A stretch of 64,000 nucleotides of DNA, taken from NCBI GenBank assembly GCA_051751085.1, contig JBNJKM010000001.1, forward strand, positions 135,314-199,313, written 5' to 3'. Source of the DNA: Actinomycetota bacterium (GTDB lineage Bacteria; Actinomycetota; Actinomycetes; Actinomycetales; Microbacteriaceae). Under the pieces are notes generated by a model. The model had not been told where the DNA came from. It ran no database searches and saw nothing but the letters and a program-made list of their open reading frames with translations. This document shows, in pieces, positions 1 to 9,409 of the stretch (positions within the stretch are counted from its first letter, which is position 1; each line of letters starts with the position of its first letter). Both the position numbers and the translations under genes were made by a program.

Positions 1-408
1 GGCCGCCGCCTGGAGGGTGATGGGGGATTCATCAGCAAGTCCGATGCGGACGGTTCCAGCGGTATAGCGTGCTCCCGCCGACCAGACCGGCCCGCTCCGC
101 CCGCGCCAGTCGTTGAGGCCGCGTGCCGCGTCGGTGCGTTCGACGATGTACTGCGACCAGGTCGCGGCCTGGCCGAGGTGCGTGAGATCGCCCGAGTACC
201 GCCACGCCAAGCACGCTGCACGGATCATCAGCGAAACGTCCCAGGCAAAGTGCCCCGATTCGTTCGTCGAGTAGATGGGCTCTTGTGAGAGCTTCTCACC
301 CATCGACCGTAATCCTTCTCTGGTGAGGTTCTCGTAGGCGGAGCGGATGTCCGATGCGCGGCGGTCCGCAGCCATCGGGAGATTGTGCGGAAGCGAGTCG
401 TGGTCCAT
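1..408 (-). CDS. Partial hypothetical protein running off the left edge (absent from the ORF track), probably part of the polysaccharide locus
   Basis: Manual translation from ATG at 408 is open to base 1: MDHDSLPHN...YSTNESGHFAWDVSLMIRAACLAWRYSGDLTHLGQAATWSQYIVERTDAARGLNDWRGRSGPVWSAGARYT. Preceded by GGAGAGAG. The 5' end abuts the IS3 remnant. Confidence 0.55.
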   Translation of the reverse strand, partial: MDHDSLPHNLPMAADRRASDIRSAYENLTREGLRSMGEKLSQEPIYSTNESGHFAWDVSLMIRAACLAWRYSGDLTHLGQAATWSQYIVERTDAARGLNDWRGRSGPVWSAGARYTAGTVRIGLADESPITLQAAA

Positions 409-422
409 CTCTCTCCATCGGT

Positions 423-480
423 GCGGCGATGCCCTCGAGCGCGAGCGTTTCGGCGAAGCCCACAGACGTGTATTGGGCAG
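423..480 (-). mobile_element. IS3-family transposase (integrase core) fragment
   Basis: Translates AQYTSVGFAETLALEGIAA, matching the SQYTS..F...LA.EGIA.SIG segment of actinobacterial IS3 OrfB. Confidence 0.75.
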
Positions 481-840
481 GTTCAACCCGTCGATGCAAC
501 ACCGGCTTGTTGAAGTGAGCGTAACTGCTCGCCGAGCGCGTCGGGTGGGGTCTGCCAGTCGAGGTTCTTGCGTGGCTGATCGTTGAGCGCGACGGCGACG
601 GCTTCGAGGTCCTCGGCAGAGCACCTGGACAGGTGGGTTCCCCCGCGAAGTACTGCCGCAACCGCCCGATCGTATTCTTCGTTCGTCGGCCGCTGCCAGG
701 GCGAACGCGGATCGGCGAAGAACACGCGCGTGCCTGTCGCTAGCGTGAACGCAACGTGGTGCGTCCACTCTCGATCCCAGGTCAGCGTCTGCCGGAATCG
801 GACGGGCAGACGCGTCGTCGAGACGGTCGGTGCACGAAAC
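481..840 (-). pseudogene. IS30-family transposase C-terminal remnant, frameshifted, with its right end
   Basis: QTLTWDRE...VFFADPRSPWQRPTNE and LNDQPRKNLDWQTP...LRSLQQAGVASTG are IS30 motifs; RQYF lies in another frame; the end reads GGTGTTGCATCGACGGGTTGAAC. Confidence 0.85.
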
Positions 841-873
841 CGTCTTCTCCCTTCCGGGTAGAGACACAACACG

Positions 874-901
874 AACTGTCCGGACGTCCAGGGGCGGTTA
901 A
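874..901 (-). mobile_element. Probable IS3-family left inverted repeat remnant
   Basis: Reverse complement TTAACCGCCCCTGGACGTCCGGACAGTT resembles IS6110/IS51-group ends (TGAACCGCCCCGG..GTCCGGA), recalled from memory. Confidence 0.45.
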
Positions 902-1304
902 TGCGGGCTGGGCTTCGAACGCTCCTGCCTTGCCGTCACCGCCAACGCCACCGGACGAACTATCGCATGGCTTCGCGCTCACACTGCTGACGTATCGATT
1001 TGAGTGAGCGTCATCGCGAGTTGCTTGGCTTCGCGTCGCACCAGCGGGACCCGCCGCCTCCCGGGCGGACAGCACCCTGACGTCGAGGAACGCTTCGCAC
1101 GGCGCCCCTCCGCGCCTGTCACAAATGGCTGTCGGTGTTGCATGACTGCGTGCAGCAGCGTCTGGACGGCAAGGTGCTCAACAGGGTCAGGCTTCCTGAG
1201 CCGATGAACCGCACTTGAATCCGGCCACGGGACTTCGAAGCCTCGACGCACGTGCGAAACGGGCTTGCGCCTGAACCTGGTAATCTTAGCGCCATTCACA
1301 AGCG

Positions 1305-2885
1305 TTGGGACTGGTGGGCGTGATCATTTCTAGCTTTACGGGTAGCCCTGCGAAATACTTCGAAGGCTACTGCTTTTCGGGAAGCGACTATGTTGCCGAA
1401 GAGGATGGGTACAGGGCCCATGTCAGTTCTGGCGGGTCGGTGCCGCCCGGATTGGATGGCTGCTACGCAGTGATCCGCACGACCGATGCTGGTGTGGAGT
1501 TCGGCACGGATGCGCGCGGTCTGCGCCGATTATTTGTCTACGAGAACGGAGCCCAATGGGCAGTTGGCTCCTCTCTCTATGAATTAGTTGACCATCTGCG
1601 CTCCCATGGAGTCGACCTGAAGCCATGCTTACCAGTTCTGCGCGCGTTCGGAGTGCGGAAGAGTCTGACAGCACAACTCAGTACTCTCCAGACAATCTTC
1701 CAAAACATCACCTTGGTCCCGTCGTACTGCGTCGTTCGCGTAGAGCGCGACGTAGTCAGTGTTGTGCCCAGGGCTGAGTCAGCCGATCACGCTCCATACG
1801 AGCGAGACCTGCAAGTCTATGTTGAAACATGGTTGTCGCGATTCCAGACGCTGTATCAACATCCCGACTCTCAGTTCACAATCGATCTGAGCGGGGGTCT
1901 GGATTCCCGGCTGGTGTTTGCATTCGCGCTGGCATCAGGAGCTCTCGAGCTTCCAGAAAATCGAATTCGCGTCGTATCTCAGGTGAACCTGTTGGACGAC
2001 TATGTCGCTGCGCAGGTGATTGCTGATAAGCATGGCGTCACGTTGAATCACCCGCGTGGGGAGATAGTTCGCGGCCGGAGTAGCATCGAGAGCGCCATAG
2101 CATCATGGAAGGACACATGCCTCGGTCTCTACCTTCCGCTCTACGCCAATCCGCACCAGTTCGACGCGCTGAGCATAAAAGGACATGGGGCCGGCGGTGG
2201 GACCTTCCGCGACATATACACCGACGCTACGCTCGGACGGAGGCTTGAGTCGCTTAGCGGCGAAATGCCGCGGCAATTGTATGACGAGTATCGTGATCTG
2301 GCCGACTCAGCGCTCCGTAAGATGGCGGACGAGCGTCCCCGCGTGGACGTGGGGAAACTCTTGTACAGAGAGTACAGGAATCGCTTCCATTTCGGGCACG
2401 CACCTCAGCGAAGGCCTGCCTATTCCCCGGTGAACTCAATCCTCACGGACCGCCTCGGAGATCGGCCTGGGTTCGAGCCGAAGAACATCTACTACGACGC
2501 TCTCGACTGCCTGGTCCCGGGCTTGAAGAACGAAGCCTACGACCAGAGCTCAAAGATGCCCGCCGCGTCTGAGCCCAGTGCAGCCTCTCGAAGCGTTCGG
2601 AATCTCCAAATCAGCCCAGGAAGCGTGTATGCCCCCAAGGTGCTTCCGCCGACGAAGCCGGCCTCTACAAGGGCTGCGCTCAGGGAGCTCCATCTGGCCG
2701 CTCGAGAGGTTCTGCAGGACGATGGCGTGCAAGATCTCATCGGAGACAGAACCGTCATCGGTCGCTGCAAGGAAGCTCTCGAGCACGTCCTCTCTGCGGA
2801 GAAGCCGCTGCGAGCAAATCATCCTGACAATCAGGATGTTTCATTCGTTCTGACGACAGCATTCGCGGCCGGCGTTCTTCCTTAG
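1305..2885 (+). CDS. Asparagine-synthase-like (ATP pyrophosphatase fold) protein
   Basis: LSGGLDSR PP-loop; GTDARGLRRLFVY typical of the N-terminal domain; no N-terminal Cys; lower GC; TTG start uncertain. Confidence 0.7.
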   Translation: MGLVGVIISSFTGSPAKYFEGYCFSGSDYVAEEDGYRAHVSSGGSVPPGLDGCYAVIRTTDAGVEFGTDARGLRRLFVYENGAQWAVGSSLYELVDHLRSHGVDLKPCLPVLRAFGVRKSLTAQLSTLQTIFQNITLVPSYCVVRVERDVVSVVPRAESADHAPYERDLQVYVETWLSRFQTLYQHPDSQFTIDLSGGLDSRLVFAFALASGALELPENRIRVVSQVNLLDDYVAAQVIADKHGVTLNHPRGEIVRGRSSIESAIASWKDTCLGLYLPLYANPHQFDALSIKGHGAGGGTFRDIYTDATLGRRLESLSGEMPRQLYDEYRDLADSALRKMADERPRVDVGKLLYREYRNRFHFGHAPQRRPAYSPVNSILTDRLGDRPGFEPKNIYYDALDCLVPGLKNEAYDQSSKMPAASEPSAASRSVRNLQISPGSVYAPKVLPPTKPASTRAALRELHLAAREVLQDDGVQDLIGDRTVIGRCKEALEHVLSAEKPLRANHPDNQDVSFVLTTAFAAGVLP

Positions 2886-2989
2886 GCACCAGAGCGTTTC
2901 CTAACTCGCTCATGGAGGCACGGGCGCGCAGGGTGCCGCGCTGCATGAACTCTGCCTGGGATCGTCGCCGCGCGGACCTATGGGGCGCG

Positions 2990-3108
2990 GGACGGGCTCG
3001 TCCACCACAGCGATGCCTGGTCGCGTGTCAGGTCCGTGGGCTTCGCCGAGGCGCTCGCCCTCCAAGGCATTGCCGCGTCGATCGGCGACGTGTACGACGA
3101 CGCGCTCA
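2990..3108 (+). mobile_element. Second IS3-family integrase fragment
   Basis: Translates GLVHHSDAWSRVRSVGFAEALALQGIAASIGDVYDDAL, versus the IS3 consensus GLIHHSDAGSQYTS..F...LA.EGIAASIGSVGDAYDNAL. Confidence 0.8.
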
Positions 3109-3160
3109 CCGGGTCCGCGTCAATGTCCCATCGAGACGCTTCCGGAGCGAGATCCTTGCG

Positions 3161-4318
3161 TCAATTCACCTTCAGAGCGAAGTCGCTTTCGCGCTCGCCC
3201 ACGCCGAGCAAGGCCGCAATCGCTGCTACCGCTCGAGCGGACGCCTTGCCGTCGCCGTAGGGGTTGGATGCGTTCGCCATGGCGGCGTATGCGTCCGCGT
3301 CCTCGAGGAGGTGGCTCGCTTCGAAAACGATGCGATCGTAGTCGGTTCCAACGAGCCGCACCGTGCCGGCGTCCACTGCTTCGGGTCGCTCTGTGTTCTC
3401 GCGCAGGACGAGCACCGGCTTGCCCAGGCTGGGTGCCTCCTCCTGTACGCCGCCCGAGTCGGTGATGATGATCCGAGCGGCTGCCATCACCTTCGTGAAC
3501 TCAGCGTAGGGAAGCGGCTCGGTGACGATGATGTTGTCCTTGCCCTCCAGGTGAGGGAGGACAGCTTCGCGCACGATCGGGTTGCGGTGCACCGGGAGGA
3601 TCACGATGTGGTCCTTGTGCTTCTTCGCGATCTTGGCCAGAGCGCGACCGATCGCTTCCATGGCGTCGCCCAGGTTCTCTCTGCGGTGCGTCGTCGCGAG
3701 GATGATGGGCCGACCGCTCGCAAGTGCTTCAGCGACGGCAGGGTCTCCTGGCACGGTGTCCCACGTCGCCGCCTCCAGCAGCGCATCGATGACGGTGTTT
3801 CCCGTGACGACGATCGTCGAGGGCTCCACCGACTCGTGGAAGAGGTTGTCGCGCGATCCTCGAGTTGGTGCGAGATGCAGCTTCGCCACCTGGCTGATGA
3901 GCTTGCGATTCGCCTCCTCCGGGAACGGGGATGTGATGTCACCGGTGCGCAGGCCGGCCTCGAGGTGCACGACGGTGACCTGGCGATTGAACGCCGCGAT
4001 CGCCGCAGCCATCGCGGTGGAGGTGTCTCCCTGCACGATCACCACGTCTGGCTCCTCGGCGACGATGAGTTCGTCGATCCCGGCGATCGCACGGGACACG
4101 ATGCCATTCAGCGACTGGCCGGGCTTCATCAGATCGAGGTCGTGCTTGGGCGTGATGCCGAACATCGTATTGACCTGATCCAGCATCTCGCGATGCTGCC
4201 CAGTGACCACTGGGATCGACTCGAAGCGGTCGTCGCGCTCGAGCGCCTCGATGACCGTCGCGACCTTGATCGCCTCTGGGCGAGTGCCGTACACGGTCAT
4301 GATCTTGTGCTGTCGCAT
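3161..4318 (-). CDS. wecB: UDP-N-acetylglucosamine 2-epimerase (non-hydrolysing)
   Basis: GTRPEAIK, VQGDT, HLEAGLRT, TDSGGVQEEAPSLGKP, NPYGDG motifs; start MRQHK at 4318. Confidence 0.95.
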   Translation of the reverse strand: MRQHKIMTVYGTRPEAIKVATVIEALERDDRFESIPVVTGQHREMLDQVNTMFGITPKHDLDLMKPGQSLNGIVSRAIAGIDELIVAEEPDVVIVQGDTSTAMAAAIAAFNRQVTVVHLEAGLRTGDITSPFPEEANRKLISQVAKLHLAPTRGSRDNLFHESVEPSTIVVTGNTVIDALLEAATWDTVPGDPAVAEALASGRPIILATTHRRENLGDAMEAIGRALAKIAKKHKDHIVILPVHRNPIVREAVLPHLEGKDNIIVTEPLPYAEFTKVMAAARIIITDSGGVQEEAPSLGKPVLVLRENTERPEAVDAGTVRLVGTDYDRIVFEASHLLEDADAYAAMANASNPYGDGKASARAVAAIAALLGVGERESDFALKVN

Positions 4319-4326
4319 GGTGGTCC

Positions 4327-5163
4327 TCAGGAGGTGGAGAACATCGGGGGATGACTGCTGGTCGCGCTGGCGAGCGCCTTCTTCGCGGCTTGGTCTTTGC
4401 CGAGCGCGATGCTGTGCGCGTAGTACCGATACATGGTCGCGACCTCGTCGGCAGGCCCGTCCGCGATCAGCGTGCCGTTGTCGAGCCAGAGCGCGCGTGT
4501 GCACATGTCTTCGATGGTCTTTGCCGCGTGGCTCACGAGGAAGACCGTGCCAGCGCGAGCGATGAGGCCTTGCATCGCTTCCTTCGCGCGCTCCGCGAAC
4601 GACGCATCGCCCGTGGAGAGCGCTTCGTCGATCATGAGGATCTCGGGGTCGGCCGCTGCCGAGATCGCGAAGCGCAGGCGCGCTGCCATCCCCGAGGAAT
4701 AGGTGCGCATGGGCTGCTTGATCGCTTCGCCCAAGCGGGCGAGCTCCTCGATGCGCTCCTTCGCGAAGTACGCGTCATCGGGCGTCATCCCCATAGCCAG
4801 TGTGCCGAGCCAGATGTTCTCCTCGCCGGACAGGTCCGGCACGAGAGCCGCGCTCACGCCCAGCAGCTGCGGCTGCGCTGACGCGACGACCGTGCCGGAT
4901 GTCGCCGGTTGCAGGCCCGCGAGCACGCGGAGCAGCGAGCTCTTGCCGGAGCCGTTCAGGCCGACGAGCCCGACCATCTCGCCCTCACGAGCGGCAAGCG
5001 TGACGCCACGGAGCACCGGACCAGTGACGGCCTTGCGGCTCGCGAACGAGCGCAGGGTCGGTCGCTCGGTGCGCTGCACTCGGTAGCGCAGACGCACGTT
5101 CTCGGCGGCGATGGTGACCTTCGGATCGTCGCTGAGTCGCCATCCTGTTCCCAGTTCAGTCAC
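4327..5163 (-). CDS. Polysaccharide ABC exporter ATP-binding subunit (Wzt/KpsT/TagH-like)
   Basis: GLNGSGKS Walker A, YSSGMAARLRF signature, ILMIDE Walker B. Confidence 0.92.
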   Translation of the reverse strand: MTELGTGWRLSDDPKVTIAAENVRLRYRVQRTERPTLRSFASRKAVTGPVLRGVTLAAREGEMVGLVGLNGSGKSSLLRVLAGLQPATSGTVVASAQPQLLGVSAALVPDLSGEENIWLGTLAMGMTPDDAYFAKERIEELARLGEAIKQPMRTYSSGMAARLRFAISAAADPEILMIDEALSTGDASFAERAKEAMQGLIARAGTVFLVSHAAKTIEDMCTRALWLDNGTLIADGPADEVATMYRYYAHSIALGKDQAAKKALASATSSHPPMFSTS

Positions 5164-6118
5164 GGCTGTAGCGCTCCTCGTCGAGCCAGAACAGCGTGAA
5201 GCCGATGACCAGTGCGCCGACGGCCCAGGCTGTCACCATCATCCATGCACTCGCAAGCGGAACAGCACCGTCGATGAGCACCGACCGGTACATCTGGAGG
5301 ATGACGTACAGCGGATTGGCCTCGATCACAGCCATGATCGCAGGCTGATCGACGAACCGATCGATCGGGAAGAGCACGGCCGAGGCGTACATCAGGAATC
5401 GACTGACGAAGCTCATCGCCTGCGCTAGATCAGGCAGGACGGCGCCAAGCCAGCCGAAGAACAGGGCGAACCCGAGGTTCAGTGTGGTCTGCAGGAGGAG
5501 GATGATCGGGAACACGGACCATGCGATGCTCGGCGCTTCGTGCGGCGGGATGACCACGATTCCGACGAGCATGATCACGATCGCTGGCGCGCACATCATG
5601 AGCTCTCGGACCGTCAGAGATAGCGCCAAGGATGCTCGAGGGAAAGCGAAAGCTCGGATCATCGGTTTCGATCCACGGACGAGGCCGGTGCCTCCCCTGA
5701 TCGCTCGGCTTGAGAGCTGGAACATGAAGATTCCGACGACAATCCAGGCGAGGTAGTTCTCCATGCCACGCGAGATCTGCAGGATCACGCCGAAGACCAG
5801 GCCGTAGAACGCTGCATCGAGCACGGGTCGCAAGATGTACCAGAGCGCCCCGAGGCGCTCGTTCGCGTATCGGGTCAGCGCTTCGCCCCGCGCGCCAGCC
5901 CAGATGAAGTGGCGCCGGTCCCAGAGCTCGGTGAAGTACTCGCGGAGAGGCGGGCGACTGCCAACCCGGCGCAGGTGGCTGACGTTGCCGTATCGATCCT
6001 GCAGCTCGTGTCGGAGCGGCTCGGACAAGAGTTGCGCACCCGACTGTCGGGTCGACCACGCCCTTCGCCATTGCGTCCGGAGCCCACGCGGCTCTGGGCG
6101 CTGTGAAGAGCGAGCCAT
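5156..6118 (-). CDS. Polysaccharide ABC exporter permease (Wzm/KpsM/TagG-like)
   Basis: LGALWYILRP, multiple transmembrane segments, NPLY motif; 8-bp overlap with the ATPase gene. Confidence 0.9.
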   Translation of the reverse strand: MARSSQRPEPRGLRTQWRRAWSTRQSGAQLLSEPLRHELQDRYGNVSHLRRVGSRPPLREYFTELWDRRHFIWAGARGEALTRYANERLGALWYILRPVLDAAFYGLVFGVILQISRGMENYLAWIVVGIFMFQLSSRAIRGGTGLVRGSKPMIRAFAFPRASLALSLTVRELMMCAPAIVIMLVGIVVIPPHEAPSIAWSVFPIILLLQTTLNLGFALFFGWLGAVLPDLAQAMSFVSRFLMYASAVLFPIDRFVDQPAIMAVIEANPLYVILQMYRSVLIDGAVPLASAWMMVTAWAVGALVIGFTLFWLDEERYSRD

Positions 6119-6197
6119 GTTCGGGTTCCCGGGCAATCTGTGCGGTGTGACGGAATGATGCCTCGCAGGCACCGTCCTTATGCTCGCACAGGTTGCA

Positions 6198-7970
6198 TCA
6201 TCGTGCGCGCGCAGCGAACGTGCGCGCGTACGTCGCTGCGACCGAGCTCCAGGTGCGCGTCATCGCACGGCGACCCCCGAGCTCAACCAGGCGAGCCCGG
6301 AGCGAATCATCGCCAGCGAGCATCATGATGCAAGCGGCTAGCGCGGAGGCGTCGCCAGCCGGCACAGTCGCGCCTTCGGCCACGAGCTCCTCTCCGACCA
6401 CCTCGAGCAGCGGGGCGAGCGCGCTGACCACCAATGGACGTCCGCTGGCCATCGCTTCGATGGGCTTCAGGGGTGCGACAGTGCGGGTGACCTCGCGATC
6501 GAGTCTCGGCACGACGAACAAGTCGAGCGCGTCACGGCAGCCGTCAACGGCATCCCGCGGCACACGGCCCGCGAAGCGCACGACGTCGGTGAGCCCGAGC
6601 TTTGCCGCGCTCGACTCGAGCCCCTTTCGCGCGGCGCCGTCGCCCACGAGGAGCACACGGATGTCATGCCCGTCTGCGCGCGCCGTCGAGACCGCCTCCA
6701 GGAGCACGTCGAAACCTTCGTAGTCGACGAGCGAGGATGTCGAGCCGACCCAGAACCCGTCGCGTGGGAGGCCGAGCGCTTCCCGGGCGTCGGCGGGTGC
6801 CGCCGGTGAGCGATGCAGCAGGGCTTCGTCGATGCCGTTCGGCACGAGTTCGATGTGCTCACGAGGCACCCCGCGAGCGGTGAGATCGTCTCGCATGCTG
6901 CTCGCGAGCGTGAAGACCGCGTCGGCGGCGGTCGCGAGCTCCGCTTCGCGCTCCCGCGTCAGCCGGTAGCGCTCGCTGGCGAGCGCTCGCGCGCGGGCGG
7001 CGTCGCTGCCGAGGCCGGCGACCCACGTCTGCTCGAGCATCCCGCGCACCTCGTAGGCCCACGGGATCCCCAGTGCCTCGGCGACCTCGCGAACGACGAT
7101 CGCGTTCGGGTAGTGCGTCGTCGTCTGCAGCACGGCCGGTCGTATGCGGGCAGCCAAGCCGAGCAGCGCATCCGCTTGCTGCGTCAGGCGGCCGTCCGGC
7201 GTCGCTGCGAGCCGCATCGGCAGCGCACGGTGGTAGCGGATGCCGTCGACCTCGTCCACCGTTGCGGCGCCGAGCCCTCCGACGACGACGGGATACCCCA
7301 CCCGGGTCATCGCGGTCGGCGCGAGCCCCGCGTCGCGCTGCGCGCGCAGGACGGCGTGCGAGCGGACGGTGTAGCCGGACTGCGTGTGCGGGAGCGAATT
7401 CGTCAGCAGATGGAGCACGCCGTGCGCTGGTTCTCGAGAGCCGTCGAGGCCGGAGGGCGCCCAACGAAGCCTCGTGCCGGGGGTGATGAGCGCGAGCTCG
7501 GCGCGGAACGCGCGGTGCAGTCGAGAGCCCGGTCGATGCGCCTCGAGCAAGCTGATGGCGCGTGACGCCTCGCCCAGCTGCCACGCGGCGCGTGCCCTGG
7601 TGGCGGGGCGGACGCGCACGTCGTCCGCGACGAGCTCTGGCAGGCCGGCCGCCTGCGCGATCTCGGCCGCGATCGTGCTCAGTGCGCCGCTCGCGGCGAG
7701 GGAGGAGAGGACGGTGCGGGTGGCCTCGAGGTCGCCGCCGAGCCAGATCTGCACCAGTTCGCGGTCGCCACCGCTCGCGGTGCGTGAAGCTGCCAGCAAC
7801 TGACCACGCGCGCGGGGGAAGCGACGCGCGAGCTGGATGGAGAACGTGAGCGGATCTTCAGTCACTGAGCGGAAGGCTGTAGACACCGCCATCGCGGCGT
7901 TGCCAGCGAGCCGAGCGGCGCGGCCAGCGCGTGCTCGATCACGCGCGGGAGGGAAAGCCATGGACGCCAT
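6198..7970 (-). CDS. Glycosyltransferase family 4 (GT-B)
   Basis: LTNSLPHTQSGYTVRS, AYEVRG, VPNGID, YEGFDVLL, PLKPIEAMASGRP; start is 7970 or 7961. Confidence 0.9.
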   Translation of the reverse strand: MASMAFPPARDRARAGRAARLAGNAAMAVSTAFRSVTEDPLTFSIQLARRFPRARGQLLAASRTASGGDRELVQIWLGGDLEATRTVLSSLAASGALSTIAAEIAQAAGLPELVADDVRVRPATRARAAWQLGEASRAISLLEAHRPGSRLHRAFRAELALITPGTRLRWAPSGLDGSREPAHGVLHLLTNSLPHTQSGYTVRSHAVLRAQRDAGLAPTAMTRVGYPVVVGGLGAATVDEVDGIRYHRALPMRLAATPDGRLTQQADALLGLAARIRPAVLQTTTHYPNAIVVREVAEALGIPWAYEVRGMLEQTWVAGLGSDAARARALASERYRLTREREAELATAADAVFTLASSMRDDLTARGVPREHIELVPNGIDEALLHRSPAAPADAREALGLPRDGFWVGSTSSLVDYEGFDVLLEAVSTARADGHDIRVLLVGDGAARKGLESSAAKLGLTDVVRFAGRVPRDAVDGCRDALDLFVVPRLDREVTRTVAPLKPIEAMASGRPLVVSALAPLLEVVGEELVAEGATVPAGDASALAACIMMLAGDDSLRARLVELGGRRAMTRTWSSVAATYARTFAARAR

Positions 7971-7994
7971 TCTGGCACCCACTAGCCTGACCCC

Positions 7995-8888
7995 ATGCGG
8001 CACTCCGTCACCAAGGTCGTGATCCCGGCAGCCGGGCTCGGCACTCGATTCCTGCCCGCCACGAAGGCCATGCCGAAAGAGATGCTGCCGGTCGTCGACA
8101 AGCCGGCGATCCAATATGTCGTCGAGGAAGCGGTGCGCGCAGGGCTACCGGATGTGCTGTTCGTCACGGGGCGAAACAAGAATGCGCTCGAGAACCACTT
8201 CGACCGAGCGACCGAGCTCGAGGCGATACTGATGCGAAAGGGCGACCAGGAGCGCCTCTCGAAAGTGGCGGAATCCACAGGTCTGGCCAACATCCATTAC
8301 GTACGCCAGGGAGACCCGCTCGGCCTCGGTCACGCAGTGCTGCGCTCGAAGGCGCATGTAGCGGGCAATTCTTTCGCGGTGCTGCTCGGCGACGACATCA
8401 TCGACTCCCGGGATCACCTGCTCGAGCGCATGCTGCAGGTGCACGACGAGCGCGACACGAATGTGGTGGCACTGATGGAGGTCGATCCATCCCAGGCCCA
8501 TCTCTACGGTGTTGCGACCGTCGAGGCAACCGATGAGGACGACGTCGTGCGCGTGCAAGGGCTGGTGGAGAAGCCCGCGCCCGGCACGGCGCCATCGAAC
8601 CTTGCTGTCGTGGGGCGGTACGTGCTGAAGCCCGAGATCTTCCCCGTGCTGGAGCAGACCACGCCCGGCCGCGGTGGTGAGATCCAGCTCACCGATGCCC
8701 TGCTCACTCTCGCTGAGGACGAGACCGACGGCGGCGTGCATGGGGTGATCTTCCGCGGCAGGCGCTACGACACTGGCGACCGATTGGACTACATCAAGGC
8801 GAATGTGCAGCTCGCGGCCGAGCGGGACGATCTCGGGCCGCCACTGCGTGATTGGCTCCGGGAGTTCGTGCTCACCTTCGACGGCTGA
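7995..8888 (+). CDS. galU: UTP--glucose-1-phosphate uridylyltransferase
   Basis: AAGLGTRFLPATKAMPKEMLP, VEKP, GEIQLTDA; TAGCCT -10 element 6 nt upstream (leaderless). Confidence 0.96.
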   Translation: MRHSVTKVVIPAAGLGTRFLPATKAMPKEMLPVVDKPAIQYVVEEAVRAGLPDVLFVTGRNKNALENHFDRATELEAILMRKGDQERLSKVAESTGLANIHYVRQGDPLGLGHAVLRSKAHVAGNSFAVLLGDDIIDSRDHLLERMLQVHDERDTNVVALMEVDPSQAHLYGVATVEATDEDDVVRVQGLVEKPAPGTAPSNLAVVGRYVLKPEIFPVLEQTTPGRGGEIQLTDALLTLAEDETDGGVHGVIFRGRRYDTGDRLDYIKANVQLAAERDDLGPPLRDWLREFVLTFDG

Positions 8889-8965
8889 CGGCATTCCGCT
8901 CCTGCGTCAATGCTCAGGAATTTCCTGGGTATGGCTGTCCTGCGCACTGCGGTATTCTTCTCGCT

Positions 8966-9313
8966 ATGGCAAAGAAGACAATGGTCCAACTGGTCGACGA
9001 TTTCTCCGGTGAGCCGATCGGTGACGGCGAGGGCCGCACGATCCGCTTCGCCTTCGACGGCGCCGAGTACGAGATCGATCTCACGAACTCCAACATCGAA
9101 GAGTTCTCCAACTCGCTCGAGCGCTTCGTGCGCGCATCTCGGCGGGTCTCCGGGCGACGCAAGACCGGCGGGAATGCCGGCCGCAGCAGCGGCGGCGGTG
9201 GTGGCGATAACGAGACTGCCGCCATTCGCGAGTGGGCGGAGTCGCAGGGGCTGAAGGTCGCGTCGCGCGGGCGGATCTCGGCGGACATCGTGGAGCGGTA
9301 CAAGAACCGCTAG
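8966..9313 (+). CDS. lsr2: Lsr2 family nucleoid-associated / xenogeneic silencer protein
   Basis: MAKKT.VQLVDD, DGAEYEIDL, IREWA..QG.KV.SRGRI (AT-hook RGR). Confidence 0.93.
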   Translation: MAKKTMVQLVDDFSGEPIGDGEGRTIRFAFDGAEYEIDLTNSNIEEFSNSLERFVRASRRVSGRRKTGGNAGRSSGGGGGDNETAAIREWAESQGLKVASRGRISADIVERYKNR

Positions 9314-9325
9314 AGCAAGAACTTC

Positions 9326-9358
9326 GCAGACGCCGTCCCTCTTCGGGGCGGCGTTTGT
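9326..9358 (+). terminator. Intrinsic terminator after lsr2
   Basis: Stem GCAGACGCCGTCCC / GGGGCGGCGTTTGT with a short loop. Confidence 0.7.
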
Positions 9359-9404
9359 GGTTTCAACTCGCTCTGCGCTCTTCGCGCGCGGAGCGGCTCA
9401 ACCA
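9358..9404. repeat. REP-like element (family 1, GGTCTCGA...TCGACC type), variant copy
   Basis: TGGTTTCAACTCGCTCTGCGC...GCGCGGAGCGGCTCAACCA aligns with the copies at 11557 and 14284. Confidence 0.7.
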
Positions 9405-9409
9405 GCGGG

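Noticed and set aside
979-1299. 106-aa ORF between the IS scars
   Set aside because: No recognisable motif or codon bias; probably pseudogene debris, so not called
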